Assembly (NCBI GenBank): GCA_934095865.1
Contig: CAKOKU010000006.1
Location: 175 to 64,174 of the forward strand
Direction of reading: 5' to 3'
From: an uncultured Bacilli bacterium
GTDB lineage: Bacteria; Bacillota_I; Bacilli_A; RF39; UBA660
DNA length: 64,000 bases
Positions within the stretch are counted from its first letter, which is position 1, and the number at the start of each line of letters is the position of its first letter. The notes under the pieces are model-generated. The model was given only the letters and a program-made list of their open reading frames with translations. It made no database searches and was not told the DNA's origin. Position numbers and translations under genes: made by a program. Below, one piece after another: positions 37,435 to 46,643 of the stretch.

Positions 37435-39468
37435 TTAATTAGTTTCAACTATAAATGGATCATTAGAAGTACCAATGCCACTAGTTATCTTAACATCAGA
37501 CTTCAAATTGATAACTGGGCGGGCACCATAGCTGTTGTTAACCCACGTGTAGTTAAGCCAGCCGTAGCTATACTGAAACCACTCATGAGCGTGGCCGTAC
37601 CAAGCGCTGAAATTAGAAGGCGACATTGTCCAGTAATGATTCGTAGAGTATGCCCAACTTAATTTATTTAAGTGTTTAACATCCATTCCGGCAAATACCA
37701 ACTCATCATACGTTATTAGACCAACTGGATAAGTTAAAGCTTGATTGCCATCTACTTTTCTTGTTTCTCCATCACTCTTAGCAACTGTATACATATCTCT
37801 ATCTGTGTTGGCACAGTTGAATGTTGCTGTATCACTTGCATATCTTCCATATGGAGCAAATCTTGTATCTTTATCTGTTTGAATTCCGTTGCCACCACTA
37901 TTACTATATAGACTACGGTCTCCACAGAAGCCTACGGCAGTTGAAATATAACTTGAATATCCTTTATCTGCTATATTTGTCTTGTACCATGAATCTACGG
38001 CTGTTTTGATTGTTGAATTATTTGTATTAGCGTGTACTTCATCAAATGTTTCTGTATCGGCATCACCATACATATAACCAACATATGTTGGGTCATTATA
38101 TTTACTATTGAATTGATAATTTTTAGTATTTATTGATTGAGCTGTGCCAGTAGCATTGGCTTTGGAACCATTATAGATAAGTCTTATAGAGCCATCGCCA
38201 TTAATACGAACTATCTGCCAATAATAACCGGCAAATAAAACATTATTATTCTTTACATTACCTCTGTAATAATAGGTTGTACCATAATCATCTGTTCCAG
38301 CGTATAAACCTTTATCAGATTTATCACTCTCTAATTCAGTTTCTGTTAAGGTATTAGCAGTTAAAGTATAAGTATTACTTGCATACTCAACACCATTCCA
38401 CTTTGTTTTTGTACTTGTTGTTATGGCACCAGTTATTTCATAAACAGTTATATCCCCACTGTTAGTTGACGTATACAATTTTTTAGTAGCAGTATTATAC
38501 CCAATACTTTCTGTTGAATAATAGTAATGTGTATCTCCTCCGAAAGTTAACGTAGAAGGATCAACATATTGCATATTACTTAATACATATCTACCAGTTT
38601 CACTATTGAATGTTTTTGTTGTATAAACACGCATCTTCGTATCATTTACTGTCAAATTACTAGTGGCGTCATCAGTTTTTATTGCAGATTCCGCTATTTT
38701 TACAACAGTTCTTGTTTGACCAGTCGTACCAGTTTTTTCTAACCATTTAATTACTGGAGCTGTATTAGTTACTTTAATACCACTATCAGTTGTTGTTATA
38801 TTAGCACTTTGTTTTGCCTTGATTTTTTCAATTGCAATCTCTGGTGTTGTTTGATATTCATTAGCCAAAATAGCATCATGTAAGGTGTTATATCCAGAAT
38901 CAACAGGTGAATAACTGCTAGGTTCTGAAGTTACAACAATCTTTGTTTTAAAGATTTTATTCATGGCAGCCGTATCATTAATAGTAACACTTTCATCTAT
39001 CCAAAAAGACACATTATAATCAATCGAATCCCCAGCACCTAAATATCCAGTAACTAAAGTCCTAGCTTCTGTACTAGTAGATAAATTTTTGTTAGAATCT
39101 TCCTCAAATTCACTTAATAATTTAATATCTTCATTATTAACTCTAACAGCAATATATTTACTATTCATAGTAGTACCTTCAAGCATTTCTAAATTAACAT
39201 AATATTTAGCAAAAATACTACAAGTATTAGTAATAGTAAAATTATATGGCTTTAATTTCTTACCATCTTCATCACTAATTGGATAGGCATTTTCTAAGGT
39301 AAAAGTATTGGCTTCATTAGAAATTGAAACATCAAAGCAACCGGATAATGCTTTATTATTATTATCACTTATTTTAACAAAGCGCCAATAAGCATAAGAA
39401 GAACCAATGATAGCCACCAGTATTAATAAAACGCCACTACCAATTAACCACATTTTTTTGTTTTTCAT
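37435..39468 (-). CDS. Secreted or surface protein (677 aa) with a SipW-type-like signal, TasA-like N-domain and conserved C-terminal ...RPVINL domain
   Basis: Likely start ATG 39468 (MKNKKMWLIGSG) after AAAGGGA. The signal ends ...IIGSSYAYWRF, resembling the TasA/CalY class. The C-terminal blocks YYYRGNVKNNNVLFAGYYWQIVRINGDGSIRLI, HYWTMSP and GARPVINL are shared with the ORF at 46644..47948. Confidence 0.7.
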   Translation of the reverse strand: MKNKKMWLIGSGVLLILVAIIGSSYAYWRFVKISDNNNKALSGCFDVSISNEANTFTLENAYPISDEDGKKLKPYNFTITNTCSIFAKYYVNLEMLEGTTMNSKYIAVRVNNEDIKLLSEFEEDSNKNLSTSTEARTLVTGYLGAGDSIDYNVSFWIDESVTINDTAAMNKIFKTKIVVTSEPSSYSPVDSGYNTLHDAILANEYQTTPEIAIEKIKAKQSANITTTDSGIKVTNTAPVIKWLEKTGTTGQTRTVVKIAESAIKTDDATSNLTVNDTKMRVYTTKTFNSETGRYVLSNMQYVDPSTLTFGGDTHYYYSTESIGYNTATKKLYTSTNSGDITVYEITGAITTSTKTKWNGVEYASNTYTLTANTLTETELESDKSDKGLYAGTDDYGTTYYYRGNVKNNNVLFAGYYWQIVRINGDGSIRLIYNGSKANATGTAQSINTKNYQFNSKYNDPTYVGYMYGDADTETFDEVHANTNNSTIKTAVDSWYKTNIADKGYSSYISTAVGFCGDRSLYSNSGGNGIQTDKDTRFAPYGRYASDTATFNCANTDRDMYTVAKSDGETRKVDGNQALTYPVGLITYDELVFAGMDVKHLNKLSWAYSTNHYWTMSPSNFSAWYGHAHEWFQYSYGWLNYTWVNNSYGARPVINLKSDVKITSGIGTSNDPFIVETN

Positions 39469-39541
39469 AATAATCCCTTTCATATTTATTATTCCATAAA
39501 TTAAGAAATCTATGCTTAATATTTGTTTTCTTAAAGTGTAC

Positions 39542-39568
39542 TTTTCGTAGAGTTGCATACTCTATGAA
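39542..39568. repeat. Left inverted repeat (IRL) of the candidate invertible element
   Basis: TTTTCGTAGAGTTGCATACTCTATGAA. Its reverse complement occurs at 39807-39833 with one mismatch. Confidence 0.9.
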
Positions 39569-39596
39569 ATTATCTGATTTTGCTTAATAAAATCCT

Positions 39597-39626
39597 TATT
39601 TGACTAAAATCTTGACTATAAATTTT
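39597..39626 (+). repeat. Direct repeat 1 inside the switch core
   Basis: TATTTGACTAAAATCTTGACTATAAATTTT matches 39688-39717 at 25/30 positions. It contains two TTGAC motifs. Confidence 0.8.
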
Positions 39627-39687
39627 AATTTGAAAAAATATTACAAACTCCAGAAAACTAAGGTGAATACTGACTATATTTAGTTTT

Positions 39688-39717
39688 TATTTGACCATGA
39701 ATTTGACTATAAATTTT
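39688..39717 (+). repeat. Direct repeat 2 inside the switch core
   Basis: TATTTGACCATGAATTTGACTATAAATTTT starts 91 bp after repeat 1. Confidence 0.8.
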
Positions 39718-39738
39718 TAAAATAAAGTTATTAAAATA

Positions 39739-39768
39739 CTAACAATAATGCTTATTTTATGGTAAAAT
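39739..39768 (+). promoter_or_regulatory. Promoter-like element inside the switch core, currently pointing towards hrcA
   Basis: CTAACA-N18-TGgTAAAAT, an extended -10. Confidence 0.35.
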
Positions 39769-39806
39769 TATATTAGAAATTAAGAATAGATGCACGTAAT
39801 TACGTA

Positions 39807-39833
39807 TTCATAGAGTATGCAACTCTATGAAAA
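39807..39833. repeat. Right inverted repeat (IRR) of the candidate invertible element
   Basis: TTCATAGAGTATGCAACTCTATGAAAA is the reverse complement of IRL at 26/27 positions. Confidence 0.9.
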
Positions 39834-39948
39834 AAATTAAAGTAATAGTTTACCCTTATTAAAAAGATTTATACATAATAATTAGAAATTTACCATTAAA
39901 AAGTAAAAATTCTTAGAAATAAAACTAGAATCAAAAAAATTTATAAAA

Positions 39949-39976
39949 TTAGCACTCATATATTGACAAGTGCTAA
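39949..39976. promoter_or_regulatory. CIRCE-like operator 1 (HrcA binding site)
   Basis: TTAGCACT-N12-AGTGCTAA has perfect 8-bp arms with a spacer 1 nt longer than canonical CIRCE. It overlaps the -35 of the hrcA promoter. Confidence 0.65.
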
Positions 39977-39991
39977 CATATAAATTATAAT
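39963..39991 (+). promoter_or_regulatory. Consensus sigma-A promoter of the hrcA operon
   Basis: TTGACA-N17-TATAAT, perfect hexamers. Confidence 0.8.
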
Positions 39992-39995
39992 GTAT

Positions 39996-40022
39996 TTAGC
40001 ATTTTGAGATTGGAAGTGCTAA
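39996..40022. promoter_or_regulatory. CIRCE-like operator 2
   Basis: TTAGCATTT-N9-AAGTGCTAA has canonical 9-N9-9 spacing with 3 arm mismatches against TTAGCACTC-N9-GAGTGCTAA. Confidence 0.65.
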
Positions 40023-40048
40023 ATATAAATAAAAGAGGTGATACTATT

Positions 40049-41056
40049 TTGAGTGACAGACAACAATTACTATTAAAAGAAATAGTTGAAAACTACATAT
40101 CACACGCAAAACCTGTCGGTAGTAAATCGCTGTGTAAGAAATTTAAATGTTCATCAGCAACGATTAGAAACGAGATGGCGTATTTAGAAGAATTAGGATA
40201 TATTGAAAAAAACCACATCTCCAGTGGTCGTGTACCATCAGAGAAGGGTTATAAATATTATGTAGAAAACCTAATGCGCCCAAAAGAATTAACTGGTGAA
40301 GATATGCTAAAATTACAAACAATCTTTCAAAATCAGAATTTAGTTGTATCTGATGCCGTTAACAAGTGTGTTGATATTATTAGTGAAATAACCAATTATA
40401 CCTCAGTAATATTAGGTAGCAGCTCTAAAGATAATGCCTTGCAACAAATAAACATTATTCCCTTAGCGGATAATAAAATAGTTGCACTGGTATGTACAGA
40501 TAAAGGCATAGTTGAAAATAAACAATTTGTCCTATCAGCTGATACCGACATAACAGAAGTAGTAAAAACCTGTGAAATAATAAATAAAATGTTAGTAGGT
40601 ACCCCAATTGATGAAGTATCTACTAGATTAGAATTTGAAATCAAACCAATTCTTGCTAAAAAGTTAGCGCAATATGAACAAGTATACAACATATTCTATG
40701 ATGCATTTAGTAACTTTGCCAATAATACCGCAAATATTCACTTTAGTGGCAAATCAAACTTATTTAATCAGCCAGAATATGACAATACCGAAAGTCTAAA
40801 AAGAATAGCTAATAAATTAGAAGATAAAGATTTGGTTAAAAATATATACTCTAATGAATCAGGCATTAAAGTATATATAGGTGATGAAAATGAATTTGAT
40901 AAAGATGTAACAATTATTAAAACTAAATATCACCGAAATGGCGAAGAAGGCACTATTGCCGTAGTCGGACCTAAAAGAATGGAATATGACAAAGTAGTAG
41001 GCTTACTTCAATATATAAGTGAAAATATAAATGATAATGAGGAAAATGATGACTGA
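40049..41056 (+). CDS. hrcA: Heat-inducible transcription repressor HrcA
   Basis: Likely TTG start at 40049 after AAGAGGTGA, giving (M)SDRQQLLLKEIVENYISHAKPVGSKSL. The winged-helix N-terminus and position before grpE-dnaK fit HrcA. The ORF track start at 40004 lies inside CIRCE 2. Confidence 0.9.
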   Translation: MSDRQQLLLKEIVENYISHAKPVGSKSLCKKFKCSSATIRNEMAYLEELGYIEKNHISSGRVPSEKGYKYYVENLMRPKELTGEDMLKLQTIFQNQNLVVSDAVNKCVDIISEITNYTSVILGSSSKDNALQQINIIPLADNKIVALVCTDKGIVENKQFVLSADTDITEVVKTCEIINKMLVGTPIDEVSTRLEFEIKPILAKKLAQYEQVYNIFYDAFSNFANNTANIHFSGKSNLFNQPEYDNTESLKRIANKLEDKDLVKNIYSNESGIKVYIGDENEFDKDVTIIKTKYHRNGEEGTIAVVGPKRMEYDKVVGLLQYISENINDNEENDD

Positions 41057-41618
41057 AGAAGAAAAGAAAAAAGACCAAGAAAAACAAGTAACACCAAAAG
41101 AAGAAACAAAAGAAACTAAACCTGAAGAGAAAAAAGAAGAAAAGAAAAAGTCGTTTTTCAAGGAAAATAAACAAACTAAAGAAATAGAAGAATTAAAGGG
41201 AAAATTAAAAGATTCTAGTGATAAGGTGATACGTCTTTCCGCAGAATTACAAAATATGCGTCGAAGATATGAAGATGAGCTTTCCAAGCGAGCTATGTAT
41301 GAAGGTAGCGATTTAATTAAATCGTTACTACCAATCATAGACAACTTTGAACGTGCTATTGCTATGGATACTAGCGAAAATGATAAATATTTAGAAGGAT
41401 ATAAAATGATTTATACCAATATGCTTAGTGTTTTAAAAAATATTGGTGTAACCGAAATAGATTGTTTACATAAACCTTTTGATCCTAAGTTTATGGATGC
41501 TGTTCTTACGGAAAGTATAATAGAAGAAGAACAAGGCGTAGTTTTGGATGTTTTACAAAAAGGTTATATGTATAAAGATAAATTATTAAGACCAGCGATG
41601 GTTAAAGTTAATGAATAG
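41049..41618 (+). CDS. grpE: Nucleotide exchange factor GrpE
   Basis: Lys/Glu-rich N-terminus, then [12 protein letters not shown] and [11 protein letters not shown] motifs. The start is ambiguous (41031, 41046 or 41049). 41049 has the best spacing from GAGGA. Confidence 0.88.
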   Translation: MTEEEKKKDQEKQVTPKEETKETKPEEKKEEKKKSFFKENKQTKEIEELKGKLKDSSDKVIRLSAELQNMRRRYEDELSKRAMYEGSDLIKSLLPIIDNFERAIAMDTSENDKYLEGYKMIYTNMLSVLKNIGVTEIDCLHKPFDPKFMDAVLTESIIEEEQGVVLDVLQKGYMYKDKLLRPAMVKVNE

Positions 41619-41629
41619 GAGAGATTAAT

Positions 41630-43459
41630 ATGAGTAAAATTATAGGTATAGATTTAGGTACAACAAATTCATGTGTTGCTGTATTAGAGGGTGGAGTTCC
41701 TCATGTTATTACCAATCCAGAAGGTAATAGAACAACTCCAAGTGTTTTCGCTATTAAAGGCGATGAAGAATTAGTTGGTGAAACTGCCAAACGTCAAGCT
41801 GTAACAAATGTTAAAAATACAGTTTCAAGTATTAAGAGAAAAATGGGTACTAATGAAAAAGTTGAGATTAATGGCCGTAAATATTCACCAGAAGAGATAT
41901 CAGCTAAAATCTTAATGAAACTTAAGAGTGATGCTGAATCTTACTTAGGTGAAAAAGTTACTAAAGCTGTTATTACAGTTCCTGCATACTTTAATGATGC
42001 CCAAAGACAAGCTACTAAAAATGCTGGTAAAATTGCTGGCTTAGACGTAGAAAGAATTATCAACGAACCAACTGCTGCTGCTCTTGCTTATGGTATTGAT
42101 AAACAAGAAAAAACACATACAGTTCTTGTATATGATTTAGGTGGTGGTACATTCGATGTATCAATCTTAGATTTAGGCGATGGTGTCTTTGAAGTTAAGT
42201 CAACTGCTGGTAATAACCATTTAGGTGGCGATGATTTTGACCAAAGAATTATGGATTACTTAGTATCTGAATTTAAGAAAGAAAATGGTATTGACTTATC
42301 AAATGATAAGATGGCAATGCAACGTATTAAGGATGCTGCTGAAAAAGCTAAGAAAGATTTGTCTGGTATGATGAGCGCTGAAATTTCAATTCCATTTATT
42401 GCTCAAAGTGCTGAAGGACCATTACATTTAAATGTAACATTAAACCGTGCTAAATTTGAAGATCTAAATAAAGACTTATTCGATTCTACATTAGATGCTG
42501 TTAGAAAAGCTCTTAAAGATGCTAAACTTACTGCTAATGACATTGATAAAGTGTTACTAGTTGGTGGTTCAACAAGAATTCCATATATCCAAGAATTAGT
42601 TAAGAGAGAATTAGGCAAAGAACCTTCTAAAGAAGTTAACCCAGATGAAGTTGTTGCTATGGGTGCTGCTATTCAAGGTGGTGTCTTAACTGGTGAAGTT
42701 GATGACTTAGTATTGTTAGACGTAACTCCATTATCATTAGGTATTGAAACAATGGGCGATGTTATGACTGTCTTAATACCAAGAAATACAACTATCCCAA
42801 CAAGTAAATCACAAGTATTCTCAACTGCTGTTGATAACCAACCAGCCGTAGATATTCACGTACTACAAGGTGAAAGACCAATGGCTTCAGATAACAAGAC
42901 ATTAGGAAACTTCCGTCTAGATAGTATTCCAGCTGCTCCTCGTGGCGTTCCACAAATCGAAGTTAAATTTGATATTGATGCCAATGGTATTGTTAATGTA
43001 ACTGCTAAAGATTTAGGAACTAATAAGGAACAATCAATTACAATTACATCATCAACTAACTTAAGTGATGAAGAAATCGAGAAAATGAGAAAAGAAGCCG
43101 AAGCTAATAAAGAAGCTGATGATAAAAAGAAAGCATTAGCCGAAGCTAAGAACGAAGCTGATTCAGCAATCTTCCAAACTGAAAAATCATTAAAAGATTT
43201 AGAAGGAAAAGTATCTGATAGCGAAAAGAAAGAAGCCGAAGATAAAATCGCCGATTTACGAAACGTAATGAATTCAGATAATGTTGATGAGATCAAAGCA
43301 AAAACTAAAGAATTAACTGATGTTGCCATGAAATATGCTCAAAGAGTATATGAAGAAGCTGCTAAACAAAATCAAGCAGGAAGTGCAACAAGTAATGAAT
43401 CAACAGAAAACACTTCATCAAAAGATGATGTAAAAGAAGCAAAATACGAAGAAAAATAA
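41630..43459 (+). CDS. dnaK: Chaperone DnaK (Hsp70)
   Basis: [35 protein letters not shown] and other Hsp70 signatures. Confidence 0.98.
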   Translation: MSKIIGIDLGTTNSCVAVLEGGVPHVITNPEGNRTTPSVFAIKGDEELVGETAKRQAVTNVKNTVSSIKRKMGTNEKVEINGRKYSPEEISAKILMKLKSDAESYLGEKVTKAVITVPAYFNDAQRQATKNAGKIAGLDVERIINEPTAAALAYGIDKQEKTHTVLVYDLGGGTFDVSILDLGDGVFEVKSTAGNNHLGGDDFDQRIMDYLVSEFKKENGIDLSNDKMAMQRIKDAAEKAKKDLSGMMSAEISIPFIAQSAEGPLHLNVTLNRAKFEDLNKDLFDSTLDAVRKALKDAKLTANDIDKVLLVGGSTRIPYIQELVKRELGKEPSKEVNPDEVVAMGAAIQGGVLTGEVDDLVLLDVTPLSLGIETMGDVMTVLIPRNTTIPTSKSQVFSTAVDNQPAVDIHVLQGERPMASDNKTLGNFRLDSIPAAPRGVPQIEVKFDIDANGIVNVTAKDLGTNKEQSITITSSTNLSDEEIEKMRKEAEANKEADDKKKALAEAKNEADSAIFQTEKSLKDLEGKVSDSEKKEAEDKIADLRNVMNSDNVDEIKAKTKELTDVAMKYAQRVYEEAAKQNQAGSATSNESTENTSSKDDVKEAKYEEK

Positions 43460-43468
43460 AATTAAAAT

Positions 43469-43494
43469 AAAAGTTCTAGGCGACTAGAACTTTT
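43469..43494 (+). terminator. Hairpin after dnaK (terminator or attenuator)
   Basis: AAAAGTTCTAG-GCGA-CTAGAACTTTT. Confidence 0.7.
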
Positions 43495-43522
43495 ACTACT
43501 AATATAGAAGAAATGAGGATAT

Positions 43523-45328
43523 ATGGAAAGAAGTCAAATAGACGAAAAAGATACTTGGGATTTAACAAAATTATTTAAGAATCAAGAAGAGTATGAAACT
43601 TCTTATAAAGAAGTAGAAAACTTACTACAACAACTAATCGCTTGTAAAGGTCATATTTTAGATTCGGCCCAAACATTGTATGATTATTTAAGTATAAGTA
43701 CTAGTTTAAGTTTGCTTCTTGATAGACTTGCTGCTTATTCCTATTTTAATTTTTATCAAGACACAACATCAAAACTAGGCCAAGAATTAAAAGAACGCAT
43801 TGAGTCTCTCGGCAGTAAAATTACGGAAGCAACTAGTTTTACCAGAACCGAGTTATTAAGCAAACCATACGACGTAGTAAAAAAATATATTAAAGAAGAT
43901 CAAAGATTAAAAGACTATGCTTTTTACTTAGAAGAAGAGTTTAGACAAAAAGAACACACTCTATCGAAAACGGAAGAAGATATCATTGCTAAGTCCCTTA
44001 GTGCTCTTGGTAATTGTAGTGATGCTTTTCAAAGCTTAGATGATGCTGATGTTGATTTTAAATCAGTAAAAAAAGAAGGTCAAAAAGTAGCATTAAATCA
44101 CAGTAATTATTCTACTTTGATTGCGGATAAAGATAGAAGCATTCGTGCTGAAACCTTCAAAAATTACTATGCATTTTACGAAAAACATAAAAATACCTTA
44201 GCAAGTCTATATAAAGGCCAAGTTAAAGAAGATAACTATTTAGCTAAAGTTCATAAATTTTCATCAGCTGTGGAAGCTAGCTTGTTTGATGATGATATTT
44301 CCATAGACGTCTATGATTCTTTAATTAAAACGGTTCATGAAAACTTAGAACCTCTATATTCTTATTTAGATTTTCGTCGTCAATTTTTAGGCCTAGATGA
44401 ATTACATATGTATGATATTCATGCCGAACTGTGTGAGACCAAACTTCCAGAATATACTTTTGAAGAAGCTAAAGATACAATTTTAAAGGCTCTTGCTCCT
44501 TTAGGCGAAAAATATCTTAAAGATATATCAAAAAGTTTTACTGATCGTTGGATAGATAAATATCCATCCCGTGGTAAACGAAGTGGGGCTTTTGAATGGG
44601 GATGCTATGGCATTAGTCCTTATGTTTGCGTAAATTTTGAAGGCGATTATACTTCTGTATCTACCGTAATTCATGAATTAGGTCATGCTATGCACTCGTT
44701 CTATTCTGATGCAAATCAAAGTTATGTTAATAGCCATTACCCAATTGTTTTAGCTGAGATTGCCTCAACTGTCAATGAAGTTTTATTAAATGAATACATG
44801 ATAAAAAATGCTAAGACGAACACAGAGAAGCTATTCTATATCACTAAATTTCTTGATGAATTTAGAGCTACTGTTTACCGTCAAACCCAATTTGCTGAAT
44901 TTGAATATTTAACTCATAAGATGGATAATGACTGTGAAGCTCTAACCAGTGATTCCTTATATAATGTCTATTACAGTTTAAACAAATTATATTATGGACC
45001 TAATGTTATAAGTGATAAAGAAATCGGCTATGAATGGTCAAGAATCCCTCATTTTTATACACCATTCTATGTTTACAAATATGCCACTGGTTTTAGTTGC
45101 GCTATTAAAATAGCTAATGATATTTTAAATGGTAAAGAGAAGGCTTTAGGAAATTATTTACAATTTTTAAGTAGTGGTGGCTCTGATTATCCATTAAACA
45201 TTCTAAAGAAATGTGGTATTGACTTAACTACTGGTGAAGTAGTAAAAGATGCAATTAATATGTTTGCATCAAGATTAGACTTAGCTATAAATATTAGAAA
45301 GGAAATGATTGAAGATGGCAAAGAATAA
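43523..45328 (+). CDS. pepF: Oligoendopeptidase F (M3B)
   Basis: HELGHAMH zinc motif with a downstream EIAS Glu, and the typical length of about 600 aa. Confidence 0.85.
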   Translation: MERSQIDEKDTWDLTKLFKNQEEYETSYKEVENLLQQLIACKGHILDSAQTLYDYLSISTSLSLLLDRLAAYSYFNFYQDTTSKLGQELKERIESLGSKITEATSFTRTELLSKPYDVVKKYIKEDQRLKDYAFYLEEEFRQKEHTLSKTEEDIIAKSLSALGNCSDAFQSLDDADVDFKSVKKEGQKVALNHSNYSTLIADKDRSIRAETFKNYYAFYEKHKNTLASLYKGQVKEDNYLAKVHKFSSAVEASLFDDDISIDVYDSLIKTVHENLEPLYSYLDFRRQFLGLDELHMYDIHAELCETKLPEYTFEEAKDTILKALAPLGEKYLKDISKSFTDRWIDKYPSRGKRSGAFEWGCYGISPYVCVNFEGDYTSVSTVIHELGHAMHSFYSDANQSYVNSHYPIVLAEIASTVNEVLLNEYMIKNAKTNTEKLFYITKFLDEFRATVYRQTQFAEFEYLTHKMDNDCEALTSDSLYNVYYSLNKLYYGPNVISDKEIGYEWSRIPHFYTPFYVYKYATGFSCAIKIANDILNGKEKALGNYLQFLSSGGSDYPLNILKKCGIDLTTGEVVKDAINMFASRLDLAINIRKEMIEDGKE

Positions 45329-46451
45329 AGATTATTATGAAACTCTTGGTGTTAGTAAAGATGCTACTCAAGATGAAATAAAATCAGCTTTCCGTAAACT
45401 TGCCAAAAAATACCACCCTGATATTAATAAAGAACCAGGGGCCGAAGAAAAGTTTAAAGAAATAGGAGAGGCATATTCTATTTTAGGCGATGCTGAAAAA
45501 CGTAAAACTTATGATCAATTTGGTTCTGCCGCATTTGAAAATGGTGGGGCTGGTGCCGGTGGAGCCGGTGGCTTTGGCGGCGGTTTTGGTGGCTTCTCAT
45601 TTGATACTGATGATATCTTCCGTGATTTATTTGGCAGTGCTTTTGGCGGCGGCTTCGGTAGTTCTCGAAGTAATCGCGCTAATCGCCCAACCAAAGGTGA
45701 AGATTCTTTAGTAAAAATAAACTTAACTTTTGAAGAAGCAGTTTTTGGCGCCAATAAGACTATCAATATAAGTCTTAATGAAAAGTGTAGTGAATGCAAC
45801 GGCGAAGGTGGTTTTGAATCACGTACTTGTAGTACCTGTAATGGCCGCGGTCGCATAGTTCAATCCCAAAGAACCATGTTTGGCACATTCCAAACGGAAA
45901 CAACTTGTCCCGACTGTGATGGCTCTGGTAAAACATTTGCTAGAGTATGTCCAAAATGTCACGGCGAAGGTAAGACTTTAAGCAAAAAAGATATATCTAT
46001 TGAAGTTCCTGCTGGCGTTGATAATGGCACACAACTTCGTATTACCGGTAAAGGTTCAAGCGGTACGAATGGCGGTCCAAATGGCGACATTTACATCGAA
46101 TTTAGTGTAAAAGAACATCCATTATTTAAGCGTGAAGGTAATGATATTTATTTAGATTTACCTATAACTATTCCAGAAGCGGTTTTAGGATGTAAAAAAG
46201 AAATTCCAACTATTTATGGTAACTTAGTTTTACAAATAGATGCTGGTACGCAAAGTGATACCAAAATGCGCATCAAAGGTAAGGGTGTTGCCAATCCTAA
46301 TACTGGCCGCAAAGGAGATATGTACGTCATTGTAAATGTTATGATTCCAACTAAACTAGATCGTAATCAAAAACAATTATTTAAAGATTTAGCCGAAACT
46401 GATTTAATGACTAATCCGGAATTTAAAAATATTAATAAATATTTAGATTAA
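45309..46451 (+). CDS. dnaJ: Co-chaperone DnaJ
   Basis: J domain DYYETLGV...KYHPDINK, a G/F-rich region and four CxxCxGxG zinc-finger repeats. The start is TTG 45309 or ATG 45315. It overlaps the pepF stop. Confidence 0.95.
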   Translation: MKMAKNKDYYETLGVSKDATQDEIKSAFRKLAKKYHPDINKEPGAEEKFKEIGEAYSILGDAEKRKTYDQFGSAAFENGGAGAGGAGGFGGGFGGFSFDTDDIFRDLFGSAFGGGFGSSRSNRANRPTKGEDSLVKINLTFEEAVFGANKTINISLNEKCSECNGEGGFESRTCSTCNGRGRIVQSQRTMFGTFQTETTCPDCDGSGKTFARVCPKCHGEGKTLSKKDISIEVPAGVDNGTQLRITGKGSSGTNGGPNGDIYIEFSVKEHPLFKREGNDIYLDLPITIPEAVLGCKKEIPTIYGNLVLQIDAGTQSDTKMRIKGKGVANPNTGRKGDMYVIVNVMIPTKLDRNQKQLFKDLAETDLMTNPEFKNINKYLD

Positions 46452-46587
46452 AATTAAAGTAACCAAATAATATAGTTTAACAATATGCTATTTTAATGGT
46501 TACTTTTTTCTCTTGATACATAATTTGTCACCTTTTAGTATAAAATATCTACAAGATGGAATATTGTTTAATATCCGTAAAATTCAA

Positions 46588-46616
46588 TTGATTTATTATA
46601 AGTAAATTGTTATACT
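46588..46616 (+). promoter_or_regulatory. Sigma-A-like promoter of the 434-aa paralogue gene
   Basis: TTGATT-N17-TATACT, about 28 nt upstream of the start codon. Confidence 0.5.
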
Positions 46617-46643
46617 GATAATATAGAAACGGTTGGGGTAAGT

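Noticed and set aside
39469-39558. N-terminal extension of the 707-aa ORF (MQLYEKYTLRKQILSIDFLIYGIINMKGII...) given in the ORF track
   Set aside because: Its ATG lies inside the left inverted repeat and has no RBS. The same ATGCAACTCTA(C/T)GAAAA string recurs in the right repeat, where it opens a 7-codon ORF. The internal ATG at 39468 has an AAAGGGA RBS and starts a proper signal peptide.
39542-39833. The 27-bp inverted repeats as a simple transcription terminator or a long-range RNA stem
   Set aside because: A 238-nt loop is far too long for an intrinsic terminator and no T-tract follows in either direction. An RNA-level role cannot be excluded, but the geometry fits a DNA inversion switch better.
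40004-40048. hrcA ORF start at 40004 (MRLEVLNINKRGDTI...)
   Set aside because: This stretch overlaps CIRCE operator 2 and the RBS AAGAGGTGA. The TTG at 40049 gives the typical HrcA N-terminus.
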